This document shows positions 58,171 through 64,000 of a stretch of DNA of 64,000 nucleotides, piece after piece. Every line of letters starts with the position of its first letter. Within the stretch, counting starts at the first letter, position 1. Origin of the DNA: an uncultured Eubacteriales bacterium. Lineage in GTDB: Bacteria; Bacillota; Clostridia; Christensenellales; Aristaeellaceae. The notes beneath the pieces are model-generated. The model searched no databases, had not been told where the DNA came from, and saw nothing but the letters and a program-made list of their open reading frames with translations. A program made the position numbers and the translations under genes. The stretch spans positions 17,480 through 81,479 of the forward strand of contig CACYGY010000003.1 in NCBI GenBank assembly GCA_902774025.1. Direction: 5' to 3'.

Positions 58171-59168
58171 ACGTTTTTCTCCATCAGCGGATAGTGACAG
58201 GCCACATAGTGGCCGGGACGGTGTTCATGCCAGACAGGACACTCTTTGGAACACAGCTCCGTGGCATACTTGCAGCGGGTGTGGAACTTGCAGCCGGAGG
58301 GAGGATTCACGGGACTGGGAATATCGCCTTCCAGAACCTGCAGTTCCTTGTTGGATTCCTCCTCAGTGGTGGGGATGGCTTCCAGCAATGCCTTTGTATA
58401 GGGATGCAGAGGCTCCGCGAAGATCATATCCGAACTCGCCAGTTCCACCATGTTTCCCAGATACATGACACCTACGCGGTCCGAAATAAACTTGACGGCA
58501 CTCAGATCGTGGGAGATGAAGAGGTAAGTCAGCTTTTCCTGGGCTTTCAGATCCACAAGGAGATTGATGATCTGAGACTGAATAGACACGTCCAGGGCGG
58601 AGACGGCTTCATCACACACGATGAAACGGGGATTGAGGGCCAGGGCGCGGGCAATGCCGATGCGCTGACGCTGTCCGCCGGAGAACTGGTGGGGATAGCG
58701 ATGGAGCATGTAATTCTGCAGACCGCAGCGGTCCATGATATTCAGGGTATATTCTTCCAGCTCCTTCGAGCCGCGCTTCATGATGCCGTGGGCCACCAGG
58801 GCTTCGGAAATCAGGTTTCCCACCGTCAGACGGGGGTTCAGGGACGAATAGGGATCCTGGAAGACGATCTGCATATCCTTGCGCAGCCTGCGCAGTTCCT
58901 CTCCCTTGAGGTTGTGCAGGTCCCTGCCGTCAAACATGATTCTGCCGGCGGTCTGGCGGTAGAGCTGAAGAATGACACGTCCCAGTGTGGATTTACCGCA
59001 GCCGGACTCGCCCACCAGTCCCAGGGTCTCGCCTTCATAAATATCCAGAGAGATATTGTCGACGGCCTTGACGGAAACCTCATGACGATTGAACAGGTTC
59101 TTTTTCTTGATGGGGAAATACATCTTGACCTGATCCACCTGAATCAGGACCTTCCTGGCTTCAGCCAT
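58167..59168 (-). CDS. oppF: Oligopeptide ABC transporter ATP-binding protein OppF
   Basis: GESGCGKST, LSGGQRQR, FIVCDEAVSALD and a C-terminal oligopeptide-type extension (PSGCKFHTRC). Confidence 0.9.
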   Translation of the reverse strand: MAEARKVLIQVDQVKMYFPIKKKNLFNRHEVSVKAVDNISLDIYEGETLGLVGESGCGKSTLGRVILQLYRQTAGRIMFDGRDLHNLKGEELRRLRKDMQIVFQDPYSSLNPRLTVGNLISEALVAHGIMKRGSKELEEYTLNIMDRCGLQNYMLHRYPHQFSGGQRQRIGIARALALNPRFIVCDEAVSALDVSIQSQIINLLVDLKAQEKLTYLFISHDLSAVKFISDRVGVMYLGNMVELASSDMIFAEPLHPYTKALLEAIPTTEEESNKELQVLEGDIPSPVNPPSGCKFHTRCKYATELCSKECPVWHEHRPGHYVACHYPLMEKNV

Positions 59169-60153
59169 CCGTGCGCACCCCCTTTCTGGGATAGAAGCAG
59201 CGAACCTGCTGGACCTCAGAGACAGAGGTCAGCTCGGGCTCCTCCTGACGGCATTTTTCCGTGGCGTACTTGCAGCGCGGCGCAAACTTGCAGCCCTTGG
59301 GCAGATCCAGAGGATGCGGCACAGCTCCGGGAATCATGTCCAGATGCGTGTCCTGTTTGGTGGACAGAAGAGGAATGGAACGCAGCAAAGCTTCGGTATA
59401 GGGATGGCTGTAGTCTGTGACAGGCTTGAAAATGTAATCCACCGGGGCGATTTCCACCACCTGCCCGCAGTACATAACGGCTACGTTATCCGCCATCTGA
59501 TTGATGACGCCCAGGTCATGGGTGATGAACATGATGGCTGTGTTGTACTGCTGCTTCAGATCGTTCATCAGGCGGAGAATCTGTGCCTGGATGGTCACAT
59601 CCAGGGCCGTGGTGGGCTCATCGGCGATCAGGAGCTTGGGACGACAGGCCAGAGCCATGGCGATCATGACCCGCTGCCGCATGCCACCGGACAGCTGATG
59701 GGGATACTGATTGGCCACCACTTCGGGATTGGGAATCTTCACGGCCGCGAGCATCTCGATGGACTTCTGTTCGGCTTCCTTCTTCTTCATCTTCTGGTGA
59801 AGAATGAAAACCTCGCCAATCTGCCTTTTCACGCTGAAGACCGGGTTCAGACTGGTCATGGGTTCCTGGAAGATCATGGAAATGCTGTTGCCGCGAATCC
59901 GGTACAGCTCTTCACGGGTCAGATGGGTGATTTCCTTTCCATTGAAATGGATTTCACCGCCATAAATCTTCTGGTTGGGTTCAAACAGCTGCAGGACACT
60001 CATGGCGGTCTGGCTCTTTCCGGAACCGGATTCGCCGACCACGCCCAGTGTCTTGCCACTTTCAATGTTCATGGACACACCGTTCACGGCCTTGATCAGT
60101 CCGCGCCGGGTGGAGAAATAGGTGTGCAGGTCTTTGATTTCCAGAATATTCAT
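59161..60153 (-). CDS. oppD: Oligopeptide ABC transporter ATP-binding protein OppD
   Basis: [28 protein letters not shown] and C-terminal [13 protein letters not shown] 60153 (MNILEIKDL) lies 8 nt after AGGAGG. Confidence 0.9.
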   Translation of the reverse strand: MNILEIKDLHTYFSTRRGLIKAVNGVSMNIESGKTLGVVGESGSGKSQTAMSVLQLFEPNQKIYGGEIHFNGKEITHLTREELYRIRGNSISMIFQEPMTSLNPVFSVKRQIGEVFILHQKMKKKEAEQKSIEMLAAVKIPNPEVVANQYPHQLSGGMRQRVMIAMALACRPKLLIADEPTTALDVTIQAQILRLMNDLKQQYNTAIMFITHDLGVINQMADNVAVMYCGQVVEIAPVDYIFKPVTDYSHPYTEALLRSIPLLSTKQDTHLDMIPGAVPHPLDLPKGCKFAPRCKYATEKCRQEEPELTSVSEVQQVRCFYPRKGVRTDG

Positions 60154-60172
60154 CCTTCTAGCCTCCTGTCCC

Positions 60173-62044
60173 TTAGCGCTCGTTCTCGCGGGGATCAATG
60201 GCCTCGCGCAGGGCGTCCCCGATCAGGTTGGCAGAGAGGGCGGCCAGCACAACGAACAGGCCCGGCAGGAACCAGCGCCACCAGTAGTACTGGATGACCT
60301 GAGACTGCTGCGCGCTGGTGAGCATGTTGCCCCAGCTGGGGGTGGGCTGCGCGACGCCGAAACCCAGGAAGGAAAGACCGGCTTCCGTCAGAAGGGAAGA
60401 GGCGTATCCCAGGGTGATGTTGACGATGACCAGGTTGAAAACGTTGGGGAGAATGTGTTTCCACATAATGTTGCGCTGCTTGATGCCCAAGGCTCTTGCA
60501 GCAAGCACAAAATCCTTTTCACGTTCCACCAGCAGCTGGGCACGCACCAGACGCGCAAGACCCATCCAGGACAGGACGCCCAGAATCACCATGATCATGT
60601 AGAGTCTCTGGGATTCGTTCAGGGAAAGGCCGATGGTATAGGAAAGGGTAACGGCGATGGGATAGAAGGGAATGGCGCTGAAAATATCCGCCAGACGCAT
60701 CAGGGCGTGATCCACCCAGCCGCCGAAATAGCCGGCGGACAGACCGATGATCAGAGCAATGATGGTGGAAATGACCATGGCGATGGCGCCGACGGTGAGG
60801 GAGATACGGCCGCCGTGAATGAGGCGCAGAAGCATATCCCGTCCGTATTCATCCGTGCCGAAGATATATCCGCGGTTGCCCCAGGGGATGATCTTGCCGG
60901 TGCTCTCCTGAATGGCGTAATTCTGATAGTAGTCGGTGCAGACCCGGGTGATTCCCGTCAGGTCCTTGGGCAGGTCCGTCTGATGCAGCGCGTTGCTGCC
61001 CCAGGTATGGACCGTGCCGTCATCCATGACCACCACGAAATGCCGGTAGCCGGCCTCCACATTGACAATATGGCCGTTCAGGCCTTCGGGAACCCGGTTA
61101 AGACCATCCAGGTTGGAGCCCCATACATAGAGATTGCCGTCTTCATCGATGGCGGCGGCATTGCGGTTGGTTGAGGCAACGTCCACCACGCGCACCTCGC
61201 CGGTGGTGAGGACTGCAGGGATGTTGGCATAGTATTCCGTGGACTTGTCGCCGATGACCGCGACGGTGCCGTCATCCAGGCGGAGGACCATGTTGTTGTC
61301 TGCTGTGGCGACCTGAACAATATGATCCTTCAGCTTGCGGCCGATCTTGAAGTTCTGGGTGGACTGAGAAGAACCCCAGATATAAAGATTATGATCGTCG
61401 GTGACCACGGCACTCCACATGGTGGCCGCGTGGATGGCGATGATTCTGGCGCCGCTTTCCGCAATTTCCCGCTTGATGCTGTCGGGCATGATGGTCTGGC
61501 CATGGGCGTAATAGCCCCAGCCATAGAAATTTCCCTGATCGTCCAGGGCGATGACGTGCTTGCCGCCGGTGGCCAGCTGTGTGATATGAGCGGACCTGAC
61601 TTCAGCGGGGATTTCAAACACATAATCGGAAACGGCCTTGAGCTTCTGGTTGGGCTCCACGCCCCATATGGACAGGGAACCGTCCTTTTTAAGGGCGATG
61701 GAGAAGCTGTTGCCGGAGACGATGTCCACCAGATCATCCACCCTGACGTCCTTGTTGACGTTCAGGTAATTCGTCCCCGGGGCCAGGTTGGCATTGGGCA
61801 GTTCCATATAGGTTACATCAATGGGATTCAGGGCGGATCCCAGGAAGGCGAAGAGCAGGAAGGCGATGAACATGATCAGGCCCAGCATGCCCAGCCGGTT
61901 GTGCAGATAATTACGGATGATCGTCTGCAGGGGCGTGCGAAGCGCTTCCTCCTCCAGAACGGACATCTTTTTGTCCTTGCGGAAAAGACGCTTGAACATC
62001 CCGGCGAAGGAGCTTCCCAGGGTCATCTTCTTGTTCTGACTCAT
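60173..62044 (-). CDS. oppC: OppC-type ABC permease with an RCC1-like repeat insertion of about 300 aa in the first extracytoplasmic loop
   Basis: The C-terminal 230 aa are a normal OppC/DppC core (GTDEYGRDML, EAA-like ARALGIKQRNIMWKHILPN). Residues approx. 100-393 form seven tandem WG-ending repeats. AAAGGAG lies 9 nt upstream of ATG 62044. Confidence 0.85.
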   Translation of the reverse strand: MSQNKKMTLGSSFAGMFKRLFRKDKKMSVLEEEALRTPLQTIIRNYLHNRLGMLGLIMFIAFLLFAFLGSALNPIDVTYMELPNANLAPGTNYLNVNKDVRVDDLVDIVSGNSFSIALKKDGSLSIWGVEPNQKLKAVSDYVFEIPAEVRSAHITQLATGGKHVIALDDQGNFYGWGYYAHGQTIMPDSIKREIAESGARIIAIHAATMWSAVVTDDHNLYIWGSSQSTQNFKIGRKLKDHIVQVATADNNMVLRLDDGTVAVIGDKSTEYYANIPAVLTTGEVRVVDVASTNRNAAAIDEDGNLYVWGSNLDGLNRVPEGLNGHIVNVEAGYRHFVVVMDDGTVHTWGSNALHQTDLPKDLTGITRVCTDYYQNYAIQESTGKIIPWGNRGYIFGTDEYGRDMLLRLIHGGRISLTVGAIAMVISTIIALIIGLSAGYFGGWVDHALMRLADIFSAIPFYPIAVTLSYTIGLSLNESQRLYMIMVILGVLSWMGLARLVRAQLLVEREKDFVLAARALGIKQRNIMWKHILPNVFNLVIVNITLGYASSLLTEAGLSFLGFGVAQPTPSWGNMLTSAQQSQVIQYYWWRWFLPGLFVVLAALSANLIGDALREAIDPRENER

Positions 62045-62061
62045 GAAGGTTCACTCCTTTC

Positions 62062-63033
62062 TTATTCGAGACGGATTCTCGGATCAATGAGTCCATAGAC
62101 GATATCCGATACAAGCACGGCAATGACGCTCACCAGGGCGAAGAAGGTGTTCATGGTGGAAACCAGCATGGTGTCCCGGGAATTGATAGCATCGATCAGA
62201 ACCTTTCCGATGCCGTTCCAGGCAAAAACGGTTTCCGTGATGGTGGATCCGGCAAAAAGGGAGAAAACGGTCGCCACAACCACGGTGGACACAGGAATCA
62301 GGGCATTGCGGAAGGCGTGGGAATAGATAACCGTCTTTTCCCGCAGGCCCTTGGCCCGGGCGGTGCGGATATAATCCTGGTTCAGGGCATCAATCATGGC
62401 GTTGCGTACGATGCGGATGGAACTGGCCACGGAAATGAGGCTCAGCACCACCACAGGCAGCACCATGTAGCGCAGCCAGTCGGAATAATAGGCCCAGCCG
62501 CTGGTGAGGGCGGCGTTTGGCATGCCGCCGAAGGGAAGCCACCCCAGCTGTGCGGCAAAGATAAACAGAAGACACAGGGCAATGAAAAAGCTGGGCATGG
62601 ACCAGGTGATGAGAGAGAACACCTGCCAGAAATTATCATACAGTTTTCCCCGTTTGACGGCACATCGTATGCCCACGGGGACGGCGATGCCCAGCTGCAG
62701 AAGAATCACGCCGATGTTCAGAATGACCGTGTTACGGATGGGCTCAGCCACCACATCCGCAACGGGACGGTTGTTCTTGCTGGACCAGCCGAATTCTCCC
62801 TGAAGCATGTTGGTCACCCAACGGAAATACTGCTCAGGAAGGGACTTGTCCAGCCCCAGCTTCTGATACATGGCATTATACGCGTTCTCATACTGGTCTG
62901 CCTTCAGAGACGTGGGAAGCATGGCGCGCACGGGATCTCCGGGCATCATTTTGTTGATGGTGAACAGAATGATGGTGATGGCGATCAAGACGGGGATCAG
63001 GATTAAGATACGTTTGATGATGTATTTGATCAT
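62062..63033 (-). CDS. oppB: Oligopeptide ABC transporter permease OppB
   Basis: Starts MIKYIIKRILILIPVL, as is typical for OppB/DppB, with the EAA loop YIRTARAKGLREKTV. ATG 63033 lies 8 nt after AAAGGA. Confidence 0.9.
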   Translation of the reverse strand: MIKYIIKRILILIPVLIAITIILFTINKMMPGDPVRAMLPTSLKADQYENAYNAMYQKLGLDKSLPEQYFRWVTNMLQGEFGWSSKNNRPVADVVAEPIRNTVILNIGVILLQLGIAVPVGIRCAVKRGKLYDNFWQVFSLITWSMPSFFIALCLLFIFAAQLGWLPFGGMPNAALTSGWAYYSDWLRYMVLPVVVLSLISVASSIRIVRNAMIDALNQDYIRTARAKGLREKTVIYSHAFRNALIPVSTVVVATVFSLFAGSTITETVFAWNGIGKVLIDAINSRDTMLVSTMNTFFALVSVIAVLVSDIVYGLIDPRIRLE

Positions 63034-63155
63034 GGTACTCATCCTTTCAGCCTTGGCCGGATTTAGCGTGATCTGCCGGAAAAAACGGCGGGCTTTCTTC
63101 TGCCGACAACGCGTATCAGCGGAAGAAAACCTGCTGAAGCGCACCGGACCTAACA

Positions 63156-63187
63156 GAAAAAAGAGGGAGAGGCGAGTTGCCCCTCCC
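63156..63187 (-). terminator. Intra-operon terminator/attenuator between oppA and oppB
   Basis: Minus strand reads GGGAGGGGC-AACTC-GCCTCTCCC (one G-U pair) followed by TCTTTTTTCTG, 14 nt after the oppA stop. Confidence 0.7.
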
Positions 63188-63201
63188 CTTTACTGTTTCA
63201 A

Positions 63202-64000
63202 TCAGTAGGTTGTGATTTCCTTGGCAGCCTCACTGTCAGCCACCTTGTAGATGTTGCAGATCTCATAGGGCCATTCATGGAAAGGACTGGTGTTCAGGCC
63301 CTTCACGGCATAGTCAAAGACCTCAAAGTATTCGTTGGAATACAGCGGGATCTGGGGCAGGATCTGCTGCCAGCGGACCTGGAAGGCCAGCCAGTTCTCC
63401 AGGAAGGTGTCTTCATCACCGGGTTCGGTGCTGCGCAGCTTCATGATCAGCTCGTCCAGCTCAGGATCGTTGACCTGGCAGGCATTCTGCCAAGTGCCGT
63501 AGAAATCAGAGTGCCAGCTGTCATAGGGATCGTTGGGGTTGCCGAAGGTGTTGCCCATGTTGAAGGTGCTGTACAGCTTCTCGTCATCGGACAGTTCGTA
63601 GCTGTAGTAGTAGTTGTCCAGCAGGGCGTTGAAGTCGGACTTGGTCACGGTGAAGTTCAGACCGGCCAGAGGAGCATTGGCGGCATAGCTGATCTCGATG
63701 GAGTCAGTGGTGTCCAGGCCGGCAGTACCCATATGACGGACAGTCAGCATTTCACCCTTGTCGTTGTAGCGCATGTAGCTGCCGTCGGCCTTGGCCTTGG
63801 AGGCGTCGAAGGGGGTCTTTCCGTCCGCTTCATACTTCCATTCGGTCTGGTCCAGCAGTTCGTTGGCCTTTTCCACGTTCAGGGAGAAGGGAGTCAGCAG
63901 CTCTTCCAGCTCGTCGCCCACTTCCTGGTAGGCCCATTCAGCATAACCGTACAGACCATGCACGATTCCGCCGTAGCCGCCCAGGCAGTAGTTCAGAACT
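63202..64000 (-). CDS. oppA: Oligopeptide-binding protein OppA (family-5 SBP), C-terminal part; the gene continues beyond the window
   Basis: The frame is open to base 64000. Its position at the head of oppBCDF and its Trp/Tyr-rich C-terminal lobe are typical of family-5 SBPs. Confidence 0.75.
   Translation of the reverse strand, partial: VLNYCLGGYGGIVHGLYGYAEWAYQEVGDELEELLTPFSLNVEKANELLDQTEWKYEADGKTPFDASKAKADGSYMRYNDKGEMLTVRHMGTAGLDTTDSIEISYAANAPLAGLNFTVTKSDFNALLDNYYYSYELSDDEKLYSTFNMGNTFGNPNDPYDSWHSDFYGTWQNACQVNDPELDELIMKLRSTEPGDEDTFLENWLAFQVRWQQILPQIPLYSNEYFEVFDYAVKGLNTSPFHEWPYEICNIYKVADSEAAKEITTY

Noticed and set aside
1-64000. Window-wide search for CRISPR arrays, tRNA/rRNA genes, IS elements, integrases, prophage or toxin-antitoxin modules.
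   Set aside because: I found no spaced direct-repeat arrays, no cloverleaf-compatible T-loop or anticodon arrangements in the intergenic gaps, no transposase or recombinase motifs in any frame, and no terminal inverted repeats. The segment looks like core chromosome.

Overview
This is a visibly GC-rich chromosomal segment from a Gram-positive organism. A Clostridia-like origin is inferred from GGAGG-type ribosome-binding sites, the plsX-acpP-rnc block, solitary ECF S components and cell-wall-binding repeats. I support about 57 protein-coding genes. I found no rRNA or tRNA genes, no CRISPR array, and no transposase, integrase or phage genes. All functional calls rest on motifs read from the translations and on gene order; no similarity search was run.

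Layout:
- 1-8.8 kb: partial GT2, a LytTR regulator with a DUF3021-like membrane partner, a GH31 alpha-glucosidase, a P-loop ATPase/CYTH fusion, a cell-wall-binding-repeat protein, a 52-aa rubredoxin missing from the ORF track, a signal-peptide double zinc-ribbon protein, and DUF3842 coupled to an ECF S component.
- 8.8-14.0 kb (minus strand): a tightly packed operon of ABC exporter, phosphomannose isomerase with an N-terminal extension, YkgJ Cys-cluster protein, beta-class N6/N4 methyltransferase and GtrA.
- 14.2-22.7 kb: plsX-acpP-rnc, a secreted protein with a triplicated domain plus a membrane partner, then a panT-like S component, coaX and hom.
- 22.7-30.4 kb: GPH symporter, zinc-ribbon/TM protein, secreted protein, L,D-transpeptidase, PreA-like Fe-S flavoenzyme and VanX-type dipeptidase.
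- 30.6-52.3 kb (all minus strand): carbohydrate genes. These are uxaC and eda, then GH63-like, GH127-like and GH63-like hydrolases, a PHP phosphoesterase, a transmembrane AraC regulator, a calcineurin-like phosphoesterase and an LplABC-type transporter. Next come GlgX, a C69 dipeptidase, a TIM-barrel isomerase and two CE12 esterases.
- 52.4-57.8 kb: malic enzyme, YhhN, GH28, a HAD hydrolase and an unrecognisable 465-aa protein.
- 58-64 kb: an opp operon.

The most unusual items are these:
- An OppC permease carries a seven-bladed RCC1-like propeller in its first outside loop.
- An eleven-gene glycan locus mixes GH63-like and GH127-like enzymes with two phosphoesterases under a membrane-anchored AraC sensor.
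- An orphan methyltransferase is translationally coupled into a surface-glycan-like operon.

Many very long ORFs in the track are antisense shadows in codon register with real genes.
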